Below are positions 28,841 through 39,069 of a stretch of DNA of 64,000 bases, in pieces. Numbering within the stretch: the stretch's first letter is position 1; every line of letters begins with the position of its first letter. Source of the stretch: Verrucomicrobiales bacterium. GTDB lineage: Bacteria; Verrucomicrobiota; Verrucomicrobiia; Limisphaerales; UBA1100. The position numbers and the translations under genes are program-made. The stretch lies in NCBI GenBank assembly GCA_038139415.1, contig JAYOSV010000003.1:84700-148699 (forward strand), in the 5' to 3' direction. The notes under the pieces were generated by a model. The model was not told the origin of the DNA, did no database searches, and saw only the letters and a list, made by a program, of their open reading frames with translations.

Positions 28841-29017
28841 CTACTCAGCCAGACACCGGCGTAGCACCACCTCAACCTCGATCTCGTCGAAACTGTTGGG
28901 AATTTTGCACTGGGGCAGCACCATAGGCATCAACTCCCAGCCTTCCGCCCCCAATTCATTAAGTTTGGCCTGAGACAGGTCGCCTCTTTTTAGTACTTTG
29001 TACTCCCACTTCTGCAT
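28841..29017 (-). CDS. DUF4177-like microprotein, 58 aa, absent from the ORF track
   Basis: Manual translation MQKWEYKVLKRGDLSQAKLNELGAEGWELMPMVLPQCKIPNSFDEIEVEVVLRRCLAE*. WEYKV and LNELGxEGWEL are DUF4177-type motifs. TACAAT lies 6 nt upstream of the ATG. Confidence 0.75.
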   Translation of the reverse strand: MQKWEYKVLKRGDLSQAKLNELGAEGWELMPMVLPQCKIPNSFDEIEVEVVLRRCLAE

Positions 29018-29156
29018 GACTGGATTGTAGCGAGGGCGACAGGCTGTGGCGAACCAGTTTTGGTATTTTGAATAAAGATTCCGACTGAACCCTTAATGGC
29101 ATAGCAAAGACTTGGTTGAGCTTGACCGCAAAGGCCTGTGAGCTTCAACTCTCTCC

Positions 29157-30707
29157 ATGTCCACGATTTGTGTTCGCCTGATGGCGTTGATGTTGCTCGT
29201 TTCGTTTACCGTTCAGGCTGAGGTATCCGTTCCTTCCATCTTTGGCAGTCGCATGGTGCTGCAGCGGGGTCAGGCCAATCCGGTGTGGGGCTGGGCTGCG
29301 CCGGGTGAGAAAATTTCCGTCACGTTCGCCGGCCAGAAACACACTGCTACGGCCGGCAAGGACGGCGCCTGGCGTGTGAAGCTCCAGCCGCTGAAGGCCA
29401 ATGCCAAGGGTCAGACACTGACCATTCAGGGTAGCAACAAGCTGGAGCTGATCGATGTGTTGGTGGGCGAGGTGTGGGTGTGCTCCGGTCAGTCGAACAT
29501 GGCATGGTCAGTTGATCGCTCTTACGATCCGGATTTGGAGAGCCTCACGGCGAAATTCCCCAACATCCGTCTGATCTCAGTACCGCCGGTCGGCGCACAG
29601 GAACCGCAAAAGGATTTCAACGGCGAATGGGTGGCTGCCTCGCCGGAGTCGGTGATGAGCTTTTCTGCCGTGGGCTTTTTCTTCGGTCGTACACTGCATC
29701 AGGCAATTGATGTGCCGGTGGGTTTAATCGACAATGCTTGGGGCGGCTCAGCTGCGGAGGCATGGGTTCGTCGTGATCTGCTGAACAAGCTGCCTGCCGC
29801 TGCGCCTTATATGGCTACTTGGAAACAGACTGAGGCAAATTATGATCACGAGAAAACCATGGCCACTTATGAGACGCGCTTAAAGAAATGGCAGACCGCC
29901 GCTGCGGCCGCGCGCAAGGCCGGCAAACCGGCACCGCAACGCCCGCGTAATCCGCGTAATCCGCTGACGGGCCAGCACCGGCCGGCAAATCTTTATAATG
30001 GCGTGCTCAAGCCTTTCATCGGGTACGGCATCAAGGGAGCCATTTGGTATCAAGGTGAAAGCAATAGCGGTCGAGCAAAGGCTTACCGTGACGTGTTTCC
30101 GCTCATGATCCAAAATTGGCGCGACGAATGGGGGCAGGGTGATTTCCCGTTTTATTGGGTTCAACTTGCTGATTTCCGTGATGAGCAACCGGAGCCTATG
30201 GATGATAACTGGGCCGAATTGCGTGAGGCTCAGACCATGACGATGGATCGTCTCAAGAATACGGGCGAAGCAGTGATCATTGATGTGGGCGAAGGCCGCG
30301 ACATTCATCCACGTGACAAACAGACCGTTGCCAAGCGGCTGGCGCGTTGGGCGTTGGCCAAAGACTACGGCGTGGATATCATTCATCAAAGTCCTCGCTA
30401 TAAGAGTATGGAGATCAAGGGCGATAAGGCTGTGATCACGTTTGATCATGTGGGTGCGGGACTTTACAGTTTTGATGTGCGTGATCCCAAAGGTTTTGCC
30501 ATATGCGGCCAGGACAAAAAATTTGTATGGGCCAACGCTCGAATCGTAGGCAAAGACAAAGTGGAAGTGTGGGCTGAAGGAATTACGCCTTCCCAAGTAC
30601 GTTATGCATGGGCGGTGAATCCTGTTTGCACATTGATGAGCCGCGGAGGCCTTCCGGCCACGCCCTTCCGTACTGATGATTTCAAGATGGTGACTGAAGG
30701 GCAGTAA
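29157..30707 (+). CDS. Sialate O-acetylesterase family (SGNH) protein
   Basis: [37 protein letters not shown]. Confidence 0.9.
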   Translation: MSTICVRLMALMLLVSFTVQAEVSVPSIFGSRMVLQRGQANPVWGWAAPGEKISVTFAGQKHTATAGKDGAWRVKLQPLKANAKGQTLTIQGSNKLELIDVLVGEVWVCSGQSNMAWSVDRSYDPDLESLTAKFPNIRLISVPPVGAQEPQKDFNGEWVAASPESVMSFSAVGFFFGRTLHQAIDVPVGLIDNAWGGSAAEAWVRRDLLNKLPAAAPYMATWKQTEANYDHEKTMATYETRLKKWQTAAAAARKAGKPAPQRPRNPRNPLTGQHRPANLYNGVLKPFIGYGIKGAIWYQGESNSGRAKAYRDVFPLMIQNWRDEWGQGDFPFYWVQLADFRDEQPEPMDDNWAELREAQTMTMDRLKNTGEAVIIDVGEGRDIHPRDKQTVAKRLARWALAKDYGVDIIHQSPRYKSMEIKGDKAVITFDHVGAGLYSFDVRDPKGFAICGQDKKFVWANARIVGKDKVEVWAEGITPSQVRYAWAVNPVCTLMSRGGLPATPFRTDDFKMVTEGQ

Positions 30708-30760
30708 TTTTAATTGTCTCAGCACTTTCTCGGTTGACGTGTGTGGGTTAAGGCGTTGCA

Positions 30761-32209
30761 ATGTCCCCTATGACCAAGCGTCTTCTTTCCCTAAGCTGTA
30801 TTGTCGTTATTCTGTCGGCCTTTTTTGTTCAGGCTGAAACGAAACTTCCCTCCATCATCGGCAGCCATATGGTGCTGCAGCAGGGTGAAAAATGCCCGAT
30901 TTGGGGTTGGGATGATTCAGATAAACAGGTTACCGTTGAATTTGCCGGCCAAAAGCACACGGCCAAGGTAGGTGATGATGGCCGTTGGGAAGTCCATTTG
31001 GATTCCATGAAGGCTAATGCGAAGGGCCAAACACTTACCATTCGCGGGAGCTCCAAGATTGAGTTAGTGGATGTGTTGGTCGGCGAGGTTTGGCTTTGCT
31101 CTGGCCAGTCCAACATGGAATGGCGAGTTAAGCAGTCAGCCAATCCGCAGGAAGAGATTGCGAACGCAAAGCATCCATTGATCCGCCACATCAAGATTCC
31201 ACATCGCCCGGCTGCCCAGCCGGAGAACGATGTACCCTCGGATGGTTGGAAAGTTTGCTCGCCGCAAACTGCCGCCGATTTTACTGCCGTGGGCTATTAC
31301 TTTGCCCGGCATTTACAAAGTGAAATTAAGGTGCCGATTGGTTTGATTGGAAGTAACTGGGGCGGCACCCGGATTGAACCTTGGATTCCGCCGGTGGGTT
31401 TCAAGAGTGTTCCAGCACTGAAGACTAACTTTGCTGATAAGCTGGACCAATTTCCGACTAAGCGCGGTAACGGGGTGAATCACCAAAGTCCCTTGGCTTT
31501 ATATAATGGAATGATCAATCCTCTCTTGCCATATACCATTAAGGGTGCGCTTTGGTATCAGGGAGAGAGCAACAACGGGGAAGGCATGCTGTACCACGAA
31601 AAGATGAAGGCCTTGATCGAGGGTTGGCGTAGTGTGTTCAACAAACCAGAGCTACCATTCTATTATGTTCAACTGGCTCCTTTCCGTTACGGAAGGGATG
31701 ATGATCCACGCTTACCGGGAATTTGGCAGGCTCAATTGGAAACTCTCAAGGTTCCTCATACCGGTATGGCGGTAACCACTGATATTACTAACGTCAGAGA
31801 CATTCATCCCAAGAACAAGCAGGATGTCGGTAAGCGCCTTGCCTTATGGGCTTTGGTTAAAGACTACGGCAAAAAGCTAAAGACCCAGTACTCAGGTCCT
31901 ATTTTTGAGAAAACATCTCACGCTGAGGGTAAGGATAGCCTCACAGTTCATTTTAAGAAACTGGGTGATCATTATCACGGCCTCAAAACCAATGACAATA
32001 AACCCATCAGTCATTTTGAAATTGCTGGTAAAGACGGCAAATGGCATCCAGCAAAGGCGACAATTGTTTACGGAGACCATTTGATCGTAAAGAGTGATGC
32101 GGTAAAAAATCCGGTCCATGTACGCTTTGGTTGGCATCAAATGGCCGAGCCTAATCTAGTGAATGGAGCAGGGCTGCCGGCTTCCCCGTTTAGTACCGCT
32201 TTTAAATAA
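30761..32209 (+). CDS. Sialate O-acetylesterase family (SGNH) protein
   Basis: LVGEVWLCSGQSNM, WGGT, WYQGESN, DIHPKNK. Confidence 0.9.
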   Translation: MSPMTKRLLSLSCIVVILSAFFVQAETKLPSIIGSHMVLQQGEKCPIWGWDDSDKQVTVEFAGQKHTAKVGDDGRWEVHLDSMKANAKGQTLTIRGSSKIELVDVLVGEVWLCSGQSNMEWRVKQSANPQEEIANAKHPLIRHIKIPHRPAAQPENDVPSDGWKVCSPQTAADFTAVGYYFARHLQSEIKVPIGLIGSNWGGTRIEPWIPPVGFKSVPALKTNFADKLDQFPTKRGNGVNHQSPLALYNGMINPLLPYTIKGALWYQGESNNGEGMLYHEKMKALIEGWRSVFNKPELPFYYVQLAPFRYGRDDDPRLPGIWQAQLETLKVPHTGMAVTTDITNVRDIHPKNKQDVGKRLALWALVKDYGKKLKTQYSGPIFEKTSHAEGKDSLTVHFKKLGDHYHGLKTNDNKPISHFEIAGKDGKWHPAKATIVYGDHLIVKSDAVKNPVHVRFGWHQMAEPNLVNGAGLPASPFSTAFK

Positions 32210-32210
32210 A

Positions 32211-32951
32211 ATGCGCTCTTTAGTTGCTTTTTTCCTCGTATTGGTCGCCGGCCCATTATCGGCGGCAGACGCCAACTTCCATCTCTACCTGCTCATCGGC
32301 CAATCCAACATGGCCGGGCGTGGTAAGGTGACGTTGGAGGACAAGGTAGCCGTGCCGCGGGTATTAATGATCAACAAGGCTAACGAATGGGTATCCGCTG
32401 TGGACCCCATTTCGTTTGATAAAAAAATCGCTGGGGTCAGCCTCGGTCGCACTTTCGGCATCGAGATGGCTCAGGCAAACGAAGACGTAAAGATTGGACT
32501 GATCCCTTGTGCAGTCGGTGGCACGCCCATCCGCCGTTGGCAACAGAATGGCGACCTGTATCAGGCAGCCCTCAAGCGCGCTAAGCTTGCGCAGAAGGTT
32601 GGCGTTATTAAAGGGATCCTCTGGCACCAGGGCGAGAGTGATTCCGGGAACGAGGATGCGGCCAAGATTTACGAGCAACAACTCCACGCCATGATTGCTG
32701 CTTGGCGGAAAGACCTGGAAAATGAAAAAATCCCGGTTGTTGTCGGTGAACTGGGTCAGTTCTTCACACGTGCTAAGCACAAGTTCGCCGTTGATAAAGC
32801 ATTAAAGGTATTGCCGAACAAGGTGAAGCATACCGCTTGGGTCAGTTCCGAAGGTCTCGGCCACAAGGGGGATGTCGTTCACTTCAATGCGGCGGCCTAC
32901 CGTGAATTTGGTAAACGTTACGCATCAAAAATAAAGTCACTTCAGGAATAG
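32211..32951 (+). CDS. SASA/DUF303 carbohydrate acetylesterase (CE6-like)
   Basis: LLIGQSNMAGRG, CAVGG, WHQGESD, DVVHF. Confidence 0.88.
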   Translation: MRSLVAFFLVLVAGPLSAADANFHLYLLIGQSNMAGRGKVTLEDKVAVPRVLMINKANEWVSAVDPISFDKKIAGVSLGRTFGIEMAQANEDVKIGLIPCAVGGTPIRRWQQNGDLYQAALKRAKLAQKVGVIKGILWHQGESDSGNEDAAKIYEQQLHAMIAAWRKDLENEKIPVVVGELGQFFTRAKHKFAVDKALKVLPNKVKHTAWVSSEGLGHKGDVVHFNAAAYREFGKRYASKIKSLQE

Positions 32952-32955
32952 CTCC

Positions 32956-34021
32956 ATGAACTTCATCCGCTTGAGTCTCTTTTTAGGCATCGTTTCGGGA
33001 AGCCTCGTTGTAGGCGCCGAACTCTCGCCTCCAGAAAAAAACTTCGAGACACTATGGAAGACATTTAATGAAAGATATGCCTTCTTCGAATTACGTGGAG
33101 TCGATTGGCAAGAGCAATACAAGACCTATCGCCCTAAGGTGAGTAAAGAGACTACCGATGAGGAACTATTCAACATTATGTGCGAGATGTTGAAACCTCT
33201 TAAGGACGGCCACGTAAATCTGAAAGCTAAGGGTTTAAAGAAAAAAGCATTTAACCCGGAGGAACTTCCCAGATTCTTAAAAGAGTTTAATACCCCCAAG
33301 CTCGAAAAGAGCTACCAATCGATGGTTCGTAAAACTCTGAAGGATCAGGGGCTTTGGCGATTTTAAAAAGGCGACTGCTTTATTTGAGTATTCTCGCAGT
33401 AAGGACTTTGGTTATTTGTTGATCACTGAATTCGAAGGGGTGAGGCCCAAGAAACTTGGTCCTGCTTTGGATGAGGTGCTTTCTGAAATGAAAGGCATCA
33501 AGGGGTTAATTATTGATATCCGATTGAACCCTGGGGGTACTGATCAGTGCCTCTACCAGATCGCCAGTCGCTTTGCCGACAAGAAGCGGGTGGGGCATAT
33601 TCGCAAATCCAAACGCAAAGCGGGTGAGGGCGAGGATGGTTTTAGTGAATTGAAGACGCGGTTTCTAAAACCGGCAACGGATGCGGGGCCCAACTGTACC
33701 TTTACCGGCCCGATTTGCCTTCTGACTCATGGAGCCTCTTACAGTGCAGCTGACGCTTTTGCCATGGTGATGACGGAGCTGCCTCACGTCACCATCATTG
33801 GGGAACCCACCAACGGGATTTTCTCGAATATGCTGGAAAAGAAACTGCCCAATGGTTGGAAGTACACGCTCTCTTTTCAGGTGTATTACGCGGCTGACAA
33901 GAAATGCTATGAAGGAAAAGGAATTCCCGTGGATATCGAGGTGCTAAATAAGCGTGAAGACCTCGAGAAAGGAGAGGACCCATTGATCATGAAATCAATC
34001 GAGGAGCTTTCCCCAAAGTAA
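32956..34021 (+). pseudogene. S41 family peptidase (tricorn C1 + S41) split by a +1 frameshift at G4 33348-33351
   Basis: ORF1 has NFETLW..F..RY.FF..RGVDW..LKDGH. ORF2 has IIDIRLNPGG, SAAD, IGEPTNG, EGKGIPVD. Deleting one G gives a continuous KDQGFGDFKKATALFEYSRSKDFGYLLITEF. Confidence 0.8.
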
Positions 34022-34807
34022 GTGTTTTTTGACGCGCACAACCACCTGCAAGCGTTGCGCTTTGGTGGACGGCAGGCCGAACTACTAGCCGAGTGTCCCG
34101 ATGTGGCGCGCATGGTGGTCAACGGCTGTTGCGAAGAGGATTGGCCGGCCGTAGCCGCGTTGGCGGAGGCACATCGGCAAGTGCTCCCCAGCTTCGGCTA
34201 TCATCCATGGTGCATCCACGAGCGCTCGGACGATTGGGAAGCAGAATTGAACCGAATGCTCGACGCTCATCCCGCTGCCGTCGGTGAGATTGGCCTCGAC
34301 CGTTGGAAGGAAGGGCTCAATTACGAAGGACAGGAGGATGTGTTTGTCACCCAGCTCCGTATCGCTGCTGAGCGCAATCTTCCCGCCAGCATCCATTGCC
34401 TTAAGGCATGGGGGCGAATACTAGAGCTTCTGCAGGAAGGCCCAATTCCTGAGCGCGGTTTTCTACTGCACAGCTACGGGGGCCCGACGGAAATGGTGCA
34501 GGCCTTCGCGCAACTAGGCGCGTACTTCAGCTTCCCGGGTTATTTTTTGCGCGCCGCCAAAGGGCGCCATCGCGAAGCGTTCAAGTCCGTGCCTGCAGAT
34601 CGGTTGCTAATTGAAACCGATGCCCCGGATCAACGGCTGCCGGACGCACTGAATGCGTATCCGCTCACGGACTCCGCCGGCGAGCCCATGAATCATCCGG
34701 CCAATTTGCCGGTGGTTTATCAAGGTGTGGCAAAAATCTTGGAGACGCCGCTAGTCGCTTTTACGGAGCAGGTCGAAGACAACTTCGAGCGTTTGTTCGG
34801 CAACTAA
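34022..34807 (+). CDS. TatD family hydrolase/DNase
   Basis: DAHNH, GYHPW, VGEIGLD, LHSYGG, LIETDAP. Confidence 0.92.
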   Translation: MFFDAHNHLQALRFGGRQAELLAECPDVARMVVNGCCEEDWPAVAALAEAHRQVLPSFGYHPWCIHERSDDWEAELNRMLDAHPAAVGEIGLDRWKEGLNYEGQEDVFVTQLRIAAERNLPASIHCLKAWGRILELLQEGPIPERGFLLHSYGGPTEMVQAFAQLGAYFSFPGYFLRAAKGRHREAFKSVPADRLLIETDAPDQRLPDALNAYPLTDSAGEPMNHPANLPVVYQGVAKILETPLVAFTEQVEDNFERLFGN

Positions 34808-34858
34808 TAATTTGCTCGTCAGCACGCGTGTTGAGCCCAACCATGGCAACTGCATTCA

Positions 34859-35542
34859 ATGAAGGTATTGGTTTTAATTTTATTGGTTCTCCAGGGCGCC
34901 CTGTGGGGTGCGGATGAAAAAGGCTTCACCGCGATCTTCAATGGCAAAAACTTTGATGATTGGGATGGCAAACCCGAGGCATGGGAAGTACGGAATGGTG
35001 AGATTTGGTGTACGGGCAAATCTCAGGAAAAGAACTGGCTTATTTGGCGAAAAGACCAGCCGGCCAATTTCATTCTACGGCTCGAATTCCGTTGGGACAA
35101 AGGTAACTCAGGAGTGCAGGTGCGTAGTGATGACTTGGGTAAGTGGCAGGTCTTTGGTTATCAGGCGGAAGTAGCTGAACAGGTCAAGATGGGTCTATGG
35201 CATCATTCGCTACTAGCTAAGGAGCATCCCAAGAAAAAGGCCCGCCATTTAATGGCCACCGCCGGTCAGGTTGCCACCTTGGCTCCTGACGGCTCCAAGG
35301 CAGTAAAGCAAGGCTGGGATCCCAAGAAGGTTCAGTCGCACTTCAAAGAGCACGAATGGAATAGGATGGAAATCATCGCCAAAGGCCCGAAACTCATCCA
35401 CAAGGTCAACGGTGTGATGTTCGCCACCGTGATTGATCATGACAAGGAAATGAGTCGTAAGAAGGGCTTCATCGCACTGCAGGATCACGGCAAGGGCTGC
35501 ATCGTTGCATTTCGCAAAATTAGATTAATGAAATTGCCATGA
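34859..35542 (+). CDS. DUF1080 (3-keto-disaccharide hydrolase-like) protein
   Basis: IFNGKNFDDW, GNSGVQVRS, GYQAE, EWN, GFIALQDH, FRKIR. Confidence 0.88.
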   Translation: MKVLVLILLVLQGALWGADEKGFTAIFNGKNFDDWDGKPEAWEVRNGEIWCTGKSQEKNWLIWRKDQPANFILRLEFRWDKGNSGVQVRSDDLGKWQVFGYQAEVAEQVKMGLWHHSLLAKEHPKKKARHLMATAGQVATLAPDGSKAVKQGWDPKKVQSHFKEHEWNRMEIIAKGPKLIHKVNGVMFATVIDHDKEMSRKKGFIALQDHGKGCIVAFRKIRLMKLP

Positions 35543-35567
35543 TAAAATTGCATTCAGCTTTTTCACG

Positions 35568-36182
35568 TTGAGCATAGAGGTTTCAAAATACCTGACTTGT
35601 GCAGACCCAGTGCTGGGTCAGTTCATAAAGAAATTCGAACCGGTTACACTGGCCCCCAATAACCGCATCACCCTTTTTGAGGCACTGGTAAAGTCAGTTA
35701 TTGGTCAGCAACTGAGTGGTAAGGCGGCTCATTCAATTTTCTCTAAATTAAAGGTTCAAGTAGGCGGCAAAAAACCTATTAGCCCGGAAAAAATACTGAG
35801 CACGCCTTACGGAAAAATTCGAAGTGCTGGCGTTTCTGACTCAAAGGCCCGCACCATTATTACCTTGGCTGAAATGGTAAAGACTGGAGCTATCCCTTCG
35901 TCTCGAAAAATGAGAAGCATGAGCGACGAAGAGGTTGTCCAAGCACTCACAGCCGTTAAAGGTATTGGGCAATGGACAGCAGAGATGATTTTAATGTTCA
36001 AACTAGGTAGGCAGGATGTAATGCCTGCTACCGACTTGGGAGTTAGAAAAGGTTACTCCATCATTTTTAAAAGCAAGGAGCTCGCCACGCCCAAGGCTAT
36101 TTTGGAACATAGCCAGAAATGGAGCCCCTACCGGTCATTCGCGGCCAAATACTTTTGGGCGGCAGCGGATGCAAAACTCTAG
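35568..36182 (+). CDS. DNA-3-methyladenine glycosylase II (AlkA/HhH-GPD family)
   Basis: IGQQLSGKAA, VKGIGQWTAEM, DLGVRKG, WSPYRS. Confidence 0.92.
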   Translation: MSIEVSKYLTCADPVLGQFIKKFEPVTLAPNNRITLFEALVKSVIGQQLSGKAAHSIFSKLKVQVGGKKPISPEKILSTPYGKIRSAGVSDSKARTIITLAEMVKTGAIPSSRKMRSMSDEEVVQALTAVKGIGQWTAEMILMFKLGRQDVMPATDLGVRKGYSIIFKSKELATPKAILEHSQKWSPYRSFAAKYFWAAADAKL

Positions 36183-36219
36183 ATGTGTCTCAGGAATCGA
36201 ACTGACAACACATTTTGAA

Positions 36220-36987
36220 TTAAGCTAATTCTCTTATCACATGTCCGGCTGCTGCTAAGCCGAATGCGGCGGTGACGTGGGTAACGGCGCCGAGTCCGGC
36301 TTCGCAGTTTAGTTTCAATGACTCACCGCTTTCAGATTTATTTTCGCAGACGGTGCCGTCGGGCTGGGGATATTGCACAGGCTCGGCGGAGTAGACGCAG
36401 GGGAGGTGCCATTTCTTGGTTCCACGAGGGAAGTCGTGTTTCTGCCTCAATTGCTTGCGCACTTTGAAGAGAAGTTTGTCGTACTTGGCTCGAGTAAGAT
36501 CGGTCACGCGCACCGCCGTGCCATCGCGTCGGCCACCGGCTGCACCGCAGGTGATGATTGGAATTTTTCGCATCCGGCATTCATCAATCAGCAGGCATTT
36601 ATTGGTGAGGCCGTCGATGGCATCAATGAGGTAATCAAAGCCGCCACTGAGAATGCTATCAGCAGTTTGTGATGTGAAAAATTCCGTGCGCGCGTGCACT
36701 GTGCAGTCGGGGTTGATGCGGTGGATGCGTAAGGCTAGTTCATTCACCTTTGCCTTGTTGATGCTGCCCTCAAGCGCATGGATTTGCCGATTGGTATTGG
36801 TGATACACACCTCGTCGAGGTCCACGAGTGTCAGCTTGCCAATGCCCGATCGGGCCAGTGCCTCTGCACTCCACGAGCCGACGCCACCCACGCCGATGAC
36901 CGCCACATGCGCAGCGCGCAGCTTGGCTAGGCCGTCTTTGCCGTAAAGGCGGGCGATGCCGCCAAAGCGTGCGTCTGCGGTGTCCAT
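36220..36987 (-). CDS. tcdA: tRNA threonylcarbamoyladenosine dehydratase (ThiF family)
   Basis: RFGGIARLYG, IGVGGVGSWSAEALARSG, TNTNRQ, CVYSAE, VTAAFG. TGATG coupling with the upstream gene. Confidence 0.88.
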   Translation of the reverse strand: MDTADARFGGIARLYGKDGLAKLRAAHVAVIGVGGVGSWSAEALARSGIGKLTLVDLDEVCITNTNRQIHALEGSINKAKVNELALRIHRINPDCTVHARTEFFTSQTADSILSGGFDYLIDAIDGLTNKCLLIDECRMRKIPIITCGAAGGRRDGTAVRVTDLTRAKYDKLLFKVRKQLRQKHDFPRGTKKWHLPCVYSAEPVQYPQPDGTVCENKSESGESLKLNCEAGLGAVTHVTAAFGLAAAGHVIRELA

Positions 36988-38159
36988 CAACGCCCGAATT
37001 GTTTTTGCACTGCTTCCTGGAACGCCTTGCGCACGGGCGAGTTGTCGCCGTTACGGAAGCCGGCACGCTGGATCATCAGCACCACGATGCGGCCGGTCTT
37101 GGGATCGGCCCAGCTCTGGGTGGCGTACGCGCCACCATGCCCGTAGGTGCCGGCCGAGAGCGAGGCAGTGACTTCCATGGGAGTCTTTACTACCTGAAAG
37201 CCCAGCCCCCAGCTCATGCCGTCGACAAAACCGGTTTTAATGTCGCCGGTCTGCGAGCGTGTCATCAGTGCTGCGGTTTTTTTCTGCAACACCTGTTTGC
37301 CCTTGTAGGTGCCGCCGTTGAGCATCATTTGATAAAACGCCACGACATCGCCCGCCGTGGAGTACAGGCCGCCGGCGGGGTAGGGCGTGCGCTTGCGGTT
37401 GGAGAGGCCGCCCTTGAGAAAGTACACGTCCACCGGCTGCAGTTTGCCGTTTGAATCCGGCCGGTAACTGGAGGCGATGCGCTTGGCTTGCGCGGGAGAA
37501 GGCCAAAACGTCGTGTCCTTCATGCCGCACGGATCGAGCACACGCGCCTGCAGGTACTCGGCAAACGGCGTGTCGCTGACGACCTCTACGATGCGGCCGA
37601 GCGTGTTAATGCCGGCGTTGCTGTAGCTCCAGCGACTGCCCGGTTCAAACTGCAGCGGCGTTTTGGAATAGCTCATCACCAGCTCAGCCAAGGTGCTCTC
37701 CGGTCGGGGCGAATTCGTATTGGCCAAGCCCGAAGTGTGCGTGAGCAGATCGCGGATGGTGATCGCGCGCTCCGTTTTCTTGAGCGTGAGTTTACCCTTG
37801 GCGCGGGATTCAATCATCCATTGCCCGGCGAACTCCGGCAGATGTTTTTCCACCGGATCCTCAATCGACAACTTGCCCGCCTCCTGCAATTGAAGCACGC
37901 AAACGGCTGCCATTGGCTTGGTCATGCTGGCGATCCAAAATAGCGCATCCGGCGGCATCGTTGTTTTCTTTTCCAGATTAGCAAAGCCGGTTGTCTCTAG
38001 GCTGAGGGTATCTGACTTAGTCGCTACGGCCGTCACGCTGCCGGCAATGACATTATTGGCTACAAAGCCATTCATCACCACCCGCACCAGCGAATCTGGC
38101 GGCTGGGCGAGGGAAGTCCACGTGAGCGAAAGAAGCAGGTAAGGGATTAGTTTTTTCAT
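36987..38159 (-). CDS. Serine hydrolase, beta-lactamase family
   Basis: IASMTK (SxxK), LLTHTSG, YSN, HGGA. Confidence 0.9.
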   Translation of the reverse strand: MKKLIPYLLLSLTWTSLAQPPDSLVRVVMNGFVANNVIAGSVTAVATKSDTLSLETTGFANLEKKTTMPPDALFWIASMTKPMAAVCVLQLQEAGKLSIEDPVEKHLPEFAGQWMIESRAKGKLTLKKTERAITIRDLLTHTSGLANTNSPRPESTLAELVMSYSKTPLQFEPGSRWSYSNAGINTLGRIVEVVSDTPFAEYLQARVLDPCGMKDTTFWPSPAQAKRIASSYRPDSNGKLQPVDVYFLKGGLSNRKRTPYPAGGLYSTAGDVVAFYQMMLNGGTYKGKQVLQKKTAALMTRSQTGDIKTGFVDGMSWGLGFQVVKTPMEVTASLSAGTYGHGGAYATQSWADPKTGRIVVLMIQRAGFRNGDNSPVRKAFQEAVQKQFGR

Positions 38160-38160
38160 A

Positions 38161-38940
38161 TTAGTTTGTCACTCTATGAGTCTTGTGCACGGCGGCTTGG
38201 GCAGTGCATTTGATCAAAATCTCGTCGATGCAGACGTGCGGCGGGCGCGTAGCCATCCAGATCATTGCCTCGGCGATGTCTTCCGCCACCAGTGGATCGA
38301 GGCCTTCGTACACTTTGTCGGATTTCGACTGGTCGCCCTTGAAACGGACCATGGAAAACTCTGTCTCCGCCAGGCCCGGGTCGAGCGTACCCACTCGAAC
38401 GCCCGTGCCGTTGAGTTCCAGTCGCAGCGACTGGGTGATTTGTTTCTCGGCCGCCTTCACGCCGCAATACACTGAGCCGCCCTCGTAGGCCACACGGCCG
38501 GCGATCGATCCGATATTGATGATGGTGCTGCCGGCGTTCTCCATCATGAGAGGCAAACACGCACGTGTCACGCGCATCAGCCCGAGGAAATTGGACTGCA
38601 CCATCGCCTCCCAATCGGCGTCCTTGCCTTCGGCCACCGTGTCGGTCCCGTGCGCGCCACCGGCGTTGTTCACCAGCACATCAAGTTGCGGCGTGAGCTC
38701 CTTGAGCCAGGCAACACAGGCGTTTACGTTGGCTGTGCAGGCGACATCCAGTTCATGAAAATGCACCGAGGCCGCGCCGGCTTCTTGGCACTGGGCGGCT
38801 ACTGCCTCCAAACGATCAACCCGGCGCGCGCCGATCACCAGATGTGCGCCTTCCCGCGCAAAATGCACCGCGCCCTCCGCGCCAAATCCCGCCGAAGCGC
38901 CCGTGATGAAAACCCACTTGTCCTTGAGAGAATTATTCAT
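38161..38940 (-). CDS. SDR family oxidoreductase (YdfG-like)
   Basis: ITGASAGFG, NNAG, YCGVK, ETEFSMVRF, PPHV. Confidence 0.9.
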   Translation of the reverse strand: MNNSLKDKWVFITGASAGFGAEGAVHFAREGAHLVIGARRVDRLEAVAAQCQEAGAASVHFHELDVACTANVNACVAWLKELTPQLDVLVNNAGGAHGTDTVAEGKDADWEAMVQSNFLGLMRVTRACLPLMMENAGSTIINIGSIAGRVAYEGGSVYCGVKAAEKQITQSLRLELNGTGVRVGTLDPGLAETEFSMVRFKGDQSKSDKVYEGLDPLVAEDIAEAMIWMATRPPHVCIDEILIKCTAQAAVHKTHRVTN

Positions 38941-39069
38941 GCTTGGGCTTGTTGTACCGTGACCCTCCAAAGTGTCAAAACTTCTTCCGAAGATAACTTT
39001 GAACAAGAATTTTTAAATCCTTACAATGCAAACCATTGCGATTCGCAGAAACCCAACTACACTACCGCC

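Noticed and set aside
36987..38159. Antibiotic-resistance beta-lactamase
   Set aside because: SxxK, YSN and HGG motifs fit the broad serine hydrolase/esterase family; nothing supports a specific resistance function.
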